Positions 12,573 through 25,419 are shown, counted from the first letter of the stretch. The stretch: 64,000 bases of DNA from Octopus sinensis (GCF_006345805.1 NC_043002.1:10912001-10976000), one strand, 5' to 3'. Made by a program: numbers and translations. Notes: generated from the letters alone by a model not told the origin.

Positions 12573-13099
12573 AGGAATGACAGCAGGAAAAGGTGGTGTA
12601 GGTACACCCCAGAAAATCTCACAGAAAATGAGAAAGCAGCCATACTCTGAGTTATATCAATACCCACAGATAGAGAAAGCTAATAGACCGGATATAGTTA
12701 TCAGAGATCAACAAGAAAAAAATAGCCTCCTGATCAGTGTATCAATATCAACAGATGACAACGTTTCCCTAACAGAAACGGGGGAACTATCGAAATAAAA
12801 AGATATGGAAATAGAGTTAACTCGAATGTTGAGCCTTATAGCAGAAACAATTCCTATAATTATAGGCGCATTAGGTATGATAAAAAAGAAACATTTAGGC
12901 AAATACCTAACCAAAACACCAGGACCTACAAGTGTATATAACATACAAAAATTGCACTACTATGCACCGTACATATACTACGTAGAACACTTTCAATACA
13001 GTGAAAATAAGAAAATCTCAAAAAAACCACAGCACATACCCAAGACACATAGGGCTGTGCTCAGTAGTGCAGTGAAAGCACGTGATAAAAATAAAACTA

Positions 13100-13103
<4 letters not shown>
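12573..13103 (+). mobile_element. R4/Dong-type LINE, 5'-truncated (family B) with RLE domain
   Basis: ANRPDIVIRDQQEKNSLLISVS...EIELTRMLSLIAETIPIIIGALGMIKK (PD-(D/E)xK nuclease region), flanked by (TAA)n. Confidence 0.8.
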
Positions 13104-13154
<51 letters not shown>

Positions 13155-13479
13155 TAATAATAATAATAAGAAGAAGAAGAAGGAGGAGGAGGAGGAGGAA
13201 GAGGAGAAGAAGAAGAAGAAGAAGAAGAAGAAGAAGAAGAAGAAGAAGAAGAAGAAGAAGAAGAAGAAGAAGAAGAATACGTGTGTGTGTGTTTGTGTGT
13301 ATGTATAACACACTGCCTACAGGTGTGAGAGGTGAAAATATGACTTCCGTATGATTACATCCGCTTCGTAACCTTCTTCATTATGTAAGTATAGCATACT
13401 GTGATGGCCATATTTTATACTATACTTCCTCTGTGTGTGTGTGTGCCACTTCAGTGTGTCTGTATGTATGGCGTATCTA

Positions 13480-13940
13480 TTCTTGAACCAGCTCTAAGGG
13501 ACCAACTGCACAGCTTCTCATCTAGCTTTGGATTATCTTTATGATGAATGAATCTCAGATGATTTTTCACCTCCTTTGAAAATAAATAATTCTATAAGTA
13601 ATCCTCTTAATATCTAATGGCATCACGTTTCGTTACGACGTAACGGTTTTGAAATCCTTAGTTCAGGTTTGTTTTGCTCCAGACGTGAAGGTACATATCC
13701 TGTTCGTTCAAAAATAATATGTATGAATCTGAAAGCGCATCGTCGGGACTTGGATTGCAAACCTCTTTTCAGAGTCCCATAAATGCCCTCTGTCTCCAGT
13801 ATTTTTCAGAAAACGTTGGTATCCAGGTAATAGTTGATTTCCACATCAGAACATATTTTTCTTGAGGTTTCAAACAGCAGTATCTGACCAGTGGTGTTTA
13901 AATTTCGTAGCACTTTCTCATTATTTAGTTCCACCAATGT
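13480..13940 (-). pseudogene. Possible highly decayed piggyBac-like transposase fragment
   Basis: LLPGYQR...HLWDSEKRFAIQVPTMRF loosely resembles PGBD LLSGY..LP...YW...M.R.RF; many stops. Confidence 0.3.
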
Positions 13941-13964
13941 TCTTTTCACTCCTCGGTCTCAATA

Positions 13965-14140
13965 TATATTTCTTTACTACCCACAAGGGGATAAACACAG
14001 AGGGGTCAAACAAGGACAGACAAACGGATTAAGTCGATTACATCGACCCTGTGCGAAACTAGCACATAATTTATCGACCACGAAAGGATGAAAGGCAAAG
14101 TCGACCTCGGTGGAATTTGGACCCAGAGCGTAGCGGCAGA
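13965..14140 (-). mobile_element. SINE-B, head-less
   Basis: Similarity to the other SINE-B copies. Confidence 0.8.
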
Positions 14141-14617
14141 TGAAATGATAGAATGGAGAGAAAATCGTCCAAAGGGGTGAGGAAAAGGAACCAATACATT
14201 CTGTAGGAACATCAAGAGTGATCTGCACCGATGAATAATCTTAGAGAAAGTACCGAAATCACCATTCTCTCTGCATCACAGTTGATAAAAAGCGTATTTC
14301 GTATAGCAAGATGTATGTACGAAAGAAAAACTTATATCAAAGATAATTTCTGTGTGGTCGGGTGGATATAAACTCGCCCGCATGTATACGTGTGCGAGCG
14401 TATATTGGTCGATAGATCGTTTGTGACATTTGACATCTCACGCCTGCAATTACGTCTTCATATTGTGAATTTAAAAAGTTTTTACTCTTTGAGACAACAT
14501 CTCGACAGGTAAAGGAAGAATTTGGTGAAGAATTTCCTGTCATTATTGCCAGAAATGCGGCAAAAGCTAATGCAAAGATCTACTATTCGTTCACGAACCA
14601 ATTTCAACATTTACATT

Positions 14618-14690
<73 letters not shown>

Positions 14691-15877
14691 TATATATATA
14701 CATTATACATTTATATACATATACATATGCATATATATATTTGTGTATGTGTGTGTGCAATATATGTGCATATAGATCTGTGTGTGAGTGTTTGTGTGTA
14801 TAAGTATGTTTATGAGACCGTGCATATATATATATGTGTGTGTGTGTGTGTGGTATGTATGTATGTATGTATGTATGTATGTATGTATGTATGTATGTAT
14901 GTATGTATACACAGTACATGCATACATACAGTTACCGACGGTTTCGCACCTGTTGTACTTGGCAATAAATAAATGTATGCATATTTTTTTTTCATACTTA
15001 TATATCAGCGAGCGTATGTGTGTGCATGTGCGTGTGTGCGTAAGTGCGTGTGTGTGGTGTGTGTGTGGTGTGTGTGGTATGTGTGTGTGTGCGTGTTGTG
15101 TGTGGTGTGTGTGGTGTGTGTGTGTGTGTATGAATATTCTTTTTATAGATTTTAAAGTCTGGAAATTTGTGTTGAAAATTTTATTCTAAAATTGTGATTA
15201 TTTTTGATATTTTTCGATCGGTAGAACATTGAAGAAAATTCCATGTGGTATTTACTTACGTTTGTCTAGATTTTGAGTTCAAATCCCTGTGGGGTTGATT
15301 TTACTTTTCATCCTACTCGGGTAACATAGTTTCTGCTGTGAATGTAATCTGCTTCTACAAGGTGGGAGCTTGTAATGATATAAAAAATCATTATGTGAGC
15401 GTACTCACTGGTACACATACGCAAGCACTGACGCACAAAGAATGAGAGAAAGAAGACAAGAAATAAACGGAAAGATAGAAAGAAAGAAAAAAAAGGGAAA
15501 GAAGGAACGAAAGAACGAAAGAAAGGAAGAAAGAGGCGAAACGAAAATGTTATTCTACTTGAAACTCTGTTGTGGAGTTGGCGCAAGCATTTCTAACATG
15601 AACGTGCTAAACAACGGGTATCAACGGATGGCTTAGATATTGATGAGGGTAATTTAAAAAGGCATATACACACATACACACGCACACACACAAACACACT
15701 CACGCTCACTCCCACATGCACATACACACATACCACGTACGCATACATGCACACACCTCGCTTTACTTCCTCTTTCTCGCTCTGTGTGGGTGTATACTAC
15801 ATATATATATATATAATATATATATAGATAATATATATATATATATATTATATATATATATATTATATACATATATA

Positions 15878-16217
15878 AGGGTAAAGACCCCCTTCGGTCA
15901 TGAATGACCATGGGATTGCACCTAGAAAGTACCCTCCTAGACACAAGTCTGGGCAAGGTTGTTTATGGAAGGCCAGCAGTCGCCCATGCATACCAGCCTC
16001 CCCTCTCCACGCCACCAGTGTTATCCAAGGAAAGACAAAGGTCGATACAGCTTGGCACCAGTGACGTCGCAACTCATTTCTACAGCTGAGTGAACTGGAG
16101 CAACGTGAAATAAAGTGCCTTGCTCAAGAACACAACATGCAGTCCGGTCCGGGATTCGAGCTCACAACCTCACGATCGTAAGCTCGACGCTCTAACCACT
16201 GAGCATTGCGCCTTCAC

Positions 16218-16218
<1 letters not shown>
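15878..16218 (-). mobile_element. SINE-D (tRNA-Arg-like head, CORE-like central domain)
   Basis: Head GGCGCAATGCTCAGTGGTTAGAGCG...CTTACGAT, then TTCTTGAGCAAGGCACTTT. Related copies at 34530-34860 and 59270-59420. Confidence 0.8.
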
Positions 16219-16248
<30 letters not shown>

Positions 16249-16463
16249 TTATAGATATATATAAAATTATATAATGTATGTATGTATAAAATAAGAATAT
16301 CTAAAAACCACATGTATATATATATACATATACATACATATATATATATGTATGATGTATAATGTATAGAATTTATGTATATATTTATATATTATATATA
16401 TATGATGTATATTATGTATGATATTATATGTATCATGTATAGAATATGTGCATCTATATATAT

Positions 16464-16497
<34 letters not shown>

Positions 16498-16602
16498 AGA
16501 GATGAGAAAGTTGGTTTGTGAAAGCACGTGGTTGAAATATAGAAAATAGTAAAAAGTGAAAAAACTACAGAAGGCGTGTTCTGTAGTTTTCACTTTTTAC
16601 TA

Positions 16603-16656
<54 letters not shown>

Positions 16657-17529
16657 GTATGTATATGAGTGTGTGCACACACACACACCACACTCTCACA
16701 CACACACACACACACACACAACCGGTAGCTAATAAGATGCTGAGAGAGGAGGAAAGAGAGATGTACAGAAAGAGACGCAGAGGAAGCGTGTTTGTGTTAA
16801 ACACGTTTGTGCGGGCATGCGTGTGATTGGAAAGGCGTGCGTAGGAGGACACACAGAGGCATTGGACAAGTAGCGACGAAGAAAGAAGGAGAAACGGTGC
16901 AGTGGAATGGAAAGGAAGAGTAAGAAAGAATGAAAGGAAGAAAGAAATGAAAGAAAGAAGGAAGAAAGTACAAGTAAAACAACTGCAACGTATACACACA
17001 CACACACACACACAAACACACTTATGACTCCCTGGTGACAGTTGTTTGATGTATTGTACCTGTCTTTATTCTTGTAGCTTCAAGTCCACCAAATTACCGT
17101 CGAGATATCAATCTACTCTTTCAAAACGCTTTTAAAAAGTGTTAAATATTATATGTTGATACGTATATAAGTTTCCTCGCAAAGTGGAAACGGTTGAAAA
17201 ATAAGCGTACATTAGTAATTAATAAAGTGTTTCGTTAGTATAATTAATTAACCTTTTTAGAGTAATTTGTAGCGTTAGTAAATGCTCTGAAATGTTGATT
17301 AAGCGGTGCAAAAATATGCTTTTGAATGAATGGAATTTGAAGAAAATTAAATGATTGAGTGATTGCGGCACGGATAAAATGATTAAAAAGAATAATTAAT
17401 TGCGCCAGAAGTAGTCTTAATACAAAATGTTATCCACGTTAAGTGGGAGATATAATTTTTTAGAAAGGGCTCAAATTTTTCTAAATGAAGCTAAATATAT
17501 TGTGTAAATAACATAGTATTTTATGTGTG

Positions 17530-17770
17530 AAAAGTCTGGCTGCATCCGAAAAAATATATATTATGAAACAAAAGTAAGCACAAAATTTATTACACGAATC
17601 TGTTACCACCACGACAGTCAACTATTTGACGCCGAACACGAGTTTGATGTTGAATACATCCACGAATTTTCCGCTCAGATAGCTCTTCCCAAGACTGCAA
17701 GACGGCTTCGTGCAATTCATGCCTCGTTGTAGGGTTTTTCAGTTTAACTTTATTGGCCAAAACTTTGAAA
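17530..17770 (-). pseudogene. Possible Tc1/mariner C-terminal fragment
   Basis: ELHEAVLQSWEELSERKIRGCI...DCRGG-like translation. Confidence 0.35.
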
Positions 17771-18541
17771 ATGCCTTCATCTAATGGATTCCATGTGTAA
17801 ACATGTGTTGAATAGAACTCACTGAAAAAATCCTAATTAACTCTGTTGTCAACTGTATGCACCTGACATATGCTAACTTGTATGCAGCTAGACGTTTCAC
17901 ACAGAAGATACATAATTTGATAAAGATTAGCAGAAGGAAGATCATCTAACTGTAAAATATTGCTTGAATGTATATTTGTCTAACTCATGCTAGCATGGAA
18001 AAATTAATGTAAAATGAATGAGTTAAGGAAAACTTAATTTCTAAGAGATACACAAAGGTGAACATTTTGCAGCAAAGAGATCAACTGGGTTGCTTCTTTG
18101 ATATTTTAGATCTTATCTCATGGAACACTGGAGAAATCAGAACGTCTTTGAAACTTGGTAAGCAAATATTCGGCAAGAGGAAAATTAAAGACACTTAGCA
18201 GAGATTCACATCTTGTAAGTTAAAAAAAAAATGGCTGCAACTGATAAAGAACGTTGGAGCATGGGAGCTTCATAAGAGAACAGGAAGTGGTTGAAGAGAT
18301 TCGGTCTGGTGGATAAGTGAAAATTCAATTTGACGCCACGTGAATGATGTGATAAAGGCAACGTCTGTGGCCATTTTAATTTTAAGGAAAAAGAATGGAT
18401 GATTTAAATATAGTTCTAAAATTTTTAATAGATTCAAATGATACTCTTAACAATATAAAAAATAGAATTCGATTGAGCTTTGCAATTAGTTTGTTTGTGT
18501 AAGTGCTGCCAATCCGAAGTACCGCGTACCAAATGTTAATA

Positions 18542-18695
18542 TATTTCTGAGGTCATCAGGACAGGATGTGCTGTGTTGGGACCTTCTTCTCAACAGTATT
18601 ACAGCGTACAGGCCCGCCTCACTGATGCGAAGACCTGCCTAGTCCTAGATCTTAAGACCTTCATCTCAGCATCATCAGCACTATTCAAACTAGAG
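18542..18695. repeat. Unclassified ~160-bp dispersed repeat, copy 1
   Basis: Aligns with 20131-20546 after the nested SINE is removed. Confidence 0.75.
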
Positions 18696-18763
18696 TCATA
18701 CAGGTGTGACCTCCTATACAGTACCTACCTCATACTTAAACATTACTTCTCTAAACAGGTTTC

Positions 18764-19185
18764 GGATCTTTTCGGTTTGAACGGCAGTTTTTTTAGCGGT
18801 GTCATATGAAATTGTCACCCATAATTATGACCCTAGTATCGATCTATTGCATTTCGTTCTGTTTTAGGGTCAGGGTTAGTAAGGGTTAGGGGCGGGGGAG
18901 GGTATCTTTTTTTCTTCACAAATGTAAATAAACCCAATCTGTTTCTTAAACGAGGGACATATTCATACGGCACAGAATGTTTTCACCTCAATAGACGTCA
19001 TTGATTGGTTGCAATTGCAGACATTGAAGAAAAAACAACAAATATCTTACAAACTATAGAATTTTCTCAATAAAACCAACAGAAAAAGATGTTTTATAAA
19101 CACATTCTACCAGTATACGAAGTTTAAAAGTTTTTAGTTACGTGGAAATTATTTAAAAAAACTGCCGTTCAAACCGAAAAGATCC
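18764..19185. mobile_element. MITE with perfect 31-bp TIRs and 8-bp TSD
   Basis: TIR GGATCTTTTCGGTTTGAACGGCAGTTTTTTT; TSD CAGGTTTC at 18756-18763 and 19186-19193. Confidence 0.92.
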
Positions 19186-19562
19186 CAGGTTTCTTCTTAC
19201 GTCCGATACTTCTCGGAATTGCGACATGAATTTTGAATACAAATGTAATAAACTCAGCCGAAGTAGAAAGTGGCTTTTCGTTGGTGAAATTCTTCAAGTA
19301 TAGACATTTGTGTTTTCATAATTCCATAGTTAAGTCGATTTCGCTTAAGTGCATTTTCTCGTTGGTTGAAATAATTATGCAGATAACGAAGATATGCTAT
19401 GAACGTGGCTAATAGTTTTCCGGTTTTAACATCAGTGATCCACGATGCATTTAATGCCCAGTCAAATCTTAGCATGCGCTCTATTACAGCAAACCACAGT
19501 GTGTTCAATAGTGAATTCTGTTTATGGAGGGGGGAAGCGTTAAACACTGGTAAATAAAACTG

Positions 19563-19963
19563 CAATGTATTACCAATCCGAATATGCCTGATGTACGTTC
19601 GAACTGAGGAACAAGAAACTTACTGCGTTTTGTCACGGAGAATATATCTCACTTGTTAACAAATAGTGTGTGTATACACCGAGATCAGCTCACAGCGCCG
19701 TCTACCGACACCATGAGATGCTTGCATTTCGGAGTAGTTATCTCCTCATAGGTCACAAACATTAGGCAGACGACGACGCTAAGAGCTGATTAAAGAGATT
19801 GCCTCTCTTATGCTTTTCTACGTAGATGGCGCTGCGAGCTGACCTAGGTGTACATACACCATTTGCCAACAAGCGAGTTATATTCTCCGTGACAAAACGC
19901 AATGAGTAGCTTGTTCCCCAGTTCGAACGTGCATCAGGCATATTCGCACTGACAATAACATTG
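19563..19963. mobile_element. Foldback/MITE with ~140-bp imperfect inverted arms
   Basis: 19575-19705 is the reverse complement of 19822-19950; spacer about 115 bp. Confidence 0.75.
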
Positions 19964-20130
19964 AATTCTTATAATCTTTTATTCGGATGTTATATTCTAT
20001 GATAACACGATATTTGCTTGACATCGTGGGATAGGATTTTATTCATTCCTAGCCACGTGTAGAATTAGTCTGTCTATAATTCATAAACCCTTAATCTCTC
20101 AACGTAATCTTCACCCTGAAGTCTAATCTA

Positions 20131-20546
20131 ATACACATTTCAGAGGTCATCAGGACAGAATGTGCTGTCTTTGGGACCTTCTTCTCAACAGTATTACAGT
20201 GCACAGGTATAAGGCGGCGAGCTGGCAGTATCGTTAGCACGCCGGGCGAAATGCCTAGCGGTATTTCGTCTGCCGTTATGTTATGAGTTCAAATTCCACC
20301 GAGGTCGACTTTGCCTTTCATCCTTTCGGGGTCGATAAATTAAGTACCAGTTACGCACTGGGTCGATGTAATCGACTTAATACCTATGTCTGTCCTTGTT
20401 TGTCCGCTCTACGTTTAGCCCCTTGTGGGTAGTAAAGAAATAAGTATTACAGCGTACAGGTCCGCCTTGCTGATTGAAGGCCCGCCAAGTGGATCAAGTA
20501 TCTAGTTTTAGATCTTAAGTCCTTCCTCTCAGTATCATCAGCACCA
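20131..20546. mobile_element. Unclassified repeat, copy 2, with 14-bp TSD, interrupted by SINE-B
   Basis: TGAAGTCTAATCTA at 20117-20130 and 20547-20560. Confidence 0.75.
20209..20442 (+). mobile_element. SINE-B, full length, 19-bp TSD
   Basis: AGTATTACAGTGCACAGGT (20190-20208) / AGTATTACAGCGTACAGGT (20443-20461). Confidence 0.92.
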
Positions 20547-20749
20547 TGAAGTCTAATCTATATAAATTTAACTAATACAGATAAAGCTAATATAGCTTTG
20601 AAAACCCGAAAAACAATTACAACAATAACTAGATACAGATTTAAACAAATCTAGTTAAATATAAAAACAACCGATATATCAAACATCCAAACACCAGTAA
20701 ACTATCTACCGTGTTTTCACTAAGTACTAAGACAAACAACTTACACATA

Positions 20750-20914
20750 GGCGCAGGAGTGGCTGCGTGGTAAGTAGCTTGCTAACAAACCACATGGTTC
20801 CAGGTTCAGTCCCACTGTGTGGCATCTTGGGCAAGTGTCTTCTGCTATAGCCCCGGGCCGATCAATGCCTTGTGAGTGAATTTGGTAGACGGAAGAAGCC
20901 TGTCGTATATATGT

Positions 20915-20972
<58 letters not shown>

Positions 20973-21196
20973 TGTGTGTGTATATGTTTGTGTGTCTGTG
21001 TTTGTCCCCCTAGCATTGCTTGACAACCGATGCTGGTGTGTTTACGTCCCCGTCACTTAGCGGTTCGGCAAAAGAGACCGATAGAATAAGTACTGGGCTT
21101 ACAAAGAATAAGTCCCGGGGTCGAGTTGCTCGACTAAAGGCGGTGCTCCAGTATGGCCGCAGTCAAATGACTGAAACAAGTAAAAGAGTAAAGAGT
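20750..21196 (+). mobile_element. SINE-A, young
   Basis: Near-identical to 3678-4078, 41428-41880 and 63146-63560. Confidence 0.92.
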
Positions 21197-21984
21197 ATAT
21201 TGACACACATACATATCTTTGTGTGGGCGAATGCATACTTATATTCCAATCAATAAACAATTATTTATAATCATAGATTACACAATTATTTATATTTATA
21301 ATTATAAATTTATAAACTGCTAGATATCCGTAGATCAACGAATTTATTCCCGCATTCAAGTACCCGATAGAAGATTTTCTTTTTCTTTATCTTGCCTTTA
21401 TTTATCTTTCATACGTTCAAAATACGGTTTAAGAGTTGCAGAGATGACATATATACAAGAGTTTATTTGTCAAAATAATGGAGAATTACTCTATTGTGAA
21501 TATTCATTCCGGTATTGTTAATCAATTAACTGGAGATTTTTAACGATAATATTGACATCTAAACAGTATGGCTGAAGGTATTCGTCTATCGTGTACTCTC
21601 ATGTTACAGACACCGATAAATTGAACAATATCAGGTGTCAAAACTGCGATGATATTTAGTCGATAAATGATGAAGTGAGGAATTATAGGCGTCCATTGTT
21701 TTACCGTATGTTCCTTTGCTGTCGTCCCCTTGTATCACATTTTTAGCGATATTTATTGCAACGCCACCTACATTTTTCTCCCTCTACACAGATGAATATC
21801 TGTCTGTATGTGTACGTGCTTGTGTTTATGCGCATCAGGAAAGCATTAGATAGCTGCAAAAGAACGAATAGCATGGTACCGTAGGCTGCAGGTTGTAAGT
21901 CCGCTACGCATGCAAGTCTCCAAGAGCTCCATCAAAACTTGTGATAAAGAGAAAATAATATTAAGAAGAAGAAGAAGAAGAGGA

Positions 21985-22795
21985 GGCCTGGCGCACATAG
22001 AGAACTACTATAACATAACAAAAGACTAGAAAAATATTACAAATAAAAAGTGATGACTTCTAGATGCAATGAAGCAACACGAAAAGAAGAAAACGCTTCC
22101 TTATTTTCTCTATGAGGCGACAAAATACAAAACAGGACCAACTACAGTGATACATTGATCTCAGATGACAACATAGCAGAAATGATCAAAGAAAAGAAAC
22201 AAAAAACAAAAGAAAACATGGAAACAGATCTACAAAAGATACTAGAGATGAAATGGAGAGAAAAATCACTCCGTGGCCAATACCATGCAAGGCTTCACAG
22301 AGAATAACAACTGCCAACGATGGCTTAAAAGCTCTGTGCTAAAAGCTGATACAGAAGGACTGATTCTCGTTGCACAATGCCTGACCAGAGATAATTATAA
22401 AAGCAAAATAATGAAAACAGGCCAAATGCTGAATGTGCAACCAGAACAATGAGACACTCGACCACATTATCTCTGGCTCTCCACGTGTTGATCGGAATTC
22501 TTTGGGGCTTGAATAATTCACCTCTGGAAACATGGGTGTTTCGTTCAACATCATTAAACGACCGTTATTCAGGGACCTTTTGAGCGGGATTAACAAGTCG
22601 ACCTAAAGAAAATTCTAATTGGGTCCCAGGTCATGCGCTGTTTATCTTGATATGAGATCGCCATGTCGCGCATATGTAGTTGTGATGCATGTGTCTGGTG
22701 TACCCTTATCAGATGGGTAGTCATGACGGGTATACTGGGCTTCATATATTTTACCCTAGTGTCACTTTGATGGCATGCGCTACTCTCTCACTCAA
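21985..22795 (+). mobile_element. R4/Dong-type LINE family C, internally deleted 3' part
   Basis: KWREKSLRGQYH...WLKSSVLKADTEGLI...TLDHIISG (region before the CCHC finger) joined to the UTR also seen at 6001-6558; (TAA)n tail. Confidence 0.75.
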
Positions 22796-22832
22796 TAATA
22801 ATGATGATAATAATAATAATAATATAATAATA

Positions 22833-22914
<82 letters not shown>

Positions 22915-22937
22915 AAGAAGAATATTAATAATAATAT

Positions 22938-23241
22938 GCGCAGGTGTGATTGAGTGGTAAGAACCATGCTTCCCAACCACATGGTTTTAAGTTCAATCCT
23001 ATGGTACCTTGGGAAAGTGTCTTCTACTATAACCTTGGGGCGACCAAAGCATAGTGAGTGGATTTGGTAGAGGGAAACTGAAAGAAGCCCGTCTTATATA
23101 TATATATATATTATTAAAAACCTGCAGAAATATCACAAAAACTGTTACTCAGAGTTTCACGTTCCCGTTCGTCGGACAGTTTTGTTTAGCATTTATGTGC
23201 TTACTCCGGTATATGTGTGCGTATGTGTGTGTGTGTGAGTG

Positions 23242-23296
<55 letters not shown>

Positions 23297-23570
23297 AACG
23301 GCATTTTTCAGACCATGACGTTCCCTGTTAGTGCATGTTTCCATTCATGTGCATTAACTCAACCATTGGAGCGTTTCAGCTCTTATTTCTAGCAATGTAG
23401 ATATTTCCTAACATTTAGTGACAATATAATTCTCCTTTTTGGTGAAGCATTGAGTGCGCGTGTGTGTGTGCAAAAGATACCGATAGAATAAATGCTAGAC
23501 TTACAAAGATTAAGTCCTGAAGAAAAAGCCCTTTAAAGCGGTGCTCCATCATGGCCGTAGTTAAACAATA
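22938..23570 (+). mobile_element. SINE-A, degenerate, with foreign sequence in its internal microsatellite
   Basis: 5' half 22938-23095; 3' remnant 23470-23570. Confidence 0.7.
23138..23183 (-). ncRNA. Minimal hammerhead ribozyme motif (H6), U4C variant
   Basis: AAAACUGU-CCGACGA-ACG(GGAA)CGU-GAA-ACUC(U)GAGU-A-ACAGUUUU; 8-bp helix I. Confidence 0.7.
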
Positions 23571-23668
23571 ATGCAAAACAAAAATTCGCACGAGTCTCGG
23601 CTCTCACAGCAAATTACTCGTACAATGAGACACTAGTACTATGCGGTTCTATTGTATATGTGTGTGGT

Positions 23669-23833
23669 TGCATTGTTGAATTAAATGGAGTTGCATGAAA
23701 CGATCGTACTGCATTACCTCTGGATATCCTTCCTGCTTATTTTGATTTTAATCACCTTACTTTGAAATTGTATGGATAATACCGTATTAAATTCTGGTGC
23801 CTCAATTTAAGTACCATATTCATCTGAATCTAA
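23669..23833 (+). repeat. H4 family copy, 5'-truncated (3' half of hammerhead only)
   Basis: GAAACGATCGTACTGCA; aligns with 43485-43650 and 61975-62150. Confidence 0.75.
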
Positions 23834-24226
23834 ATTTCTGCTGAACTCATCTACCATACCCAAAGTGTATATATATATATGTATGTAGATATGTATGTGT
23901 GTGTGTATGTATGTATGATGTATGTATGTATGTATGTATGTATGTATGTATGTATGTATGTATGCATGTCTTGTATGTATATGTATGACAATGCCATGGC
24001 GAGAATGGAGGAGTTGTTGATGAAAGTAGGAAGAATTTCAGTAGACATCACTGAAGGTGCAGAACGGTGATGGCACATAAAACTGGGAATGTTTGACGAA
24101 AGGGTGGGGAGGAAGTGAAGCCAGTGGCCGAGTGTGGTTTGAAAGTAGCCAGAAGTCAATTGGGACCCAAAATTGATGTGCAATTAACTTTGATCATATA
24201 AATGTTATCCAGGCGCCATAAATGAA

Positions 24227-24267
<41 letters not shown>

Positions 24268-24289
<22 letters not shown>

Positions 24290-24716
24290 TCCCTGGGATC
24301 ACAATGTAGCGGCGAAAGAATTTGACAAGATCAGCAAATTTAAAGACTTGCTAATAGAAATTGAAAAAAAGTGGCATCTCAGGGCGACTACAGTACCAGT
24401 GATTGTAGGATCTCTAGGAATGATTTAAAAAAAAAAGGTATTGAAACCTATTTGAAAATGATATTAGGCTTACTATCCCTACTGCAAAAAATCGTGTTAA
24501 CTGGAACGGCTCATGTACTGAGAAGAGCATTATCGCTGTGAAAACAACATCCATTCATGAATTTATCTATTTTTAGTTTTTTTTAATACATATTTTACCT
24601 GTGAATTTGCGTGTGTAATCTGGGAACGCATATAATGAGCTTCTCTGCCCTAGGTGTACGGAAAACACTCGGCGAGAAATGGAAGAAAATTTGAAGAAAG
24701 AAGGGGAAAAAAGTAA
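24268..24716 (+). mobile_element. R4/Dong-type LINE, 5'-truncated (family A)
   Basis: IPWDHNVAAKEFDKISKFKDLLIEIEKKWHLRATTVPVIVGSLGMI; (TAA)n 5' and TAATAAT 3'. Confidence 0.8.
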
Positions 24717-24935
24717 TAATGGTTTCAAATTTTGCCACAAGGGCAACTATTTCGTGAGAGGGGATAAGTTGGTTACATCGCCCCCTCCCCTTCCCACTGT
24801 TCAACTGGTACTTATTTTAATGACTCCGAAAGTATGAAAGGCAAAGTCGAATTCGGCGAAATTCGAAATCAAAACGTAAAGGCGGACGAAATGGCGTTAA
24901 GCATCTTGCATGGCGTGCTAACGATTCTGCCAGCT
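24717..24935 (-). mobile_element. SINE-B, alternative-tail variant (B2); a further partial copy at 25160-25270
   Basis: SINE-B head and body with a GGCCTTGTG-type tail. Confidence 0.7.
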
Positions 24936-24939
24936 GACA

Positions 24940-24970
<31 letters not shown>

Positions 24971-25379
24971 CAACAACAACAAAAACAAAAACAACAACAA
25001 CAACAGCAACAAACAACAACAAGAGCAACAGCATCAGCAGTAACAACAACAACAACAAAAACAACAACAACAACAGCATCAGCAACAACAACAACAAAAA
25101 CAACAACAACAACAATAATAATAATAATAATAATGATAATAATGATGATGATAATCCTTTCTGTTATATGCACAAGGCCTTGAAATTTGGGGTATGGGTG
25201 TAGTCAGTTACATAGTCCCCGGAAAGATGAAAGGCAAAGTCGACCTCGGTAGAATTTGAACTCAGAACGTAATTTGAACTCAGAAAGTAATGACAAGCAT
25301 TGTGCTTGGCTTGCTAACGATTGTGCCAAAGAGAACTAAAACAACGGCGACGAGATGAAAAGGTGGACTGGAATGAAAT

Positions 25380-25419
<40 letters not shown>

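Noticed and set aside
14925-14960. Minus-strand GAA-ACCG(U)CGGU-A-ACUGU half hammerhead
   Set aside because: No CUGANGA upstream; at most a truncated remnant.
16543-16606. 28-bp stem hairpin with a 6-nt loop beside (TA)n
   Set aside because: Most simply a snap-back scar in a decayed repeat; single occurrence, no functional motif.
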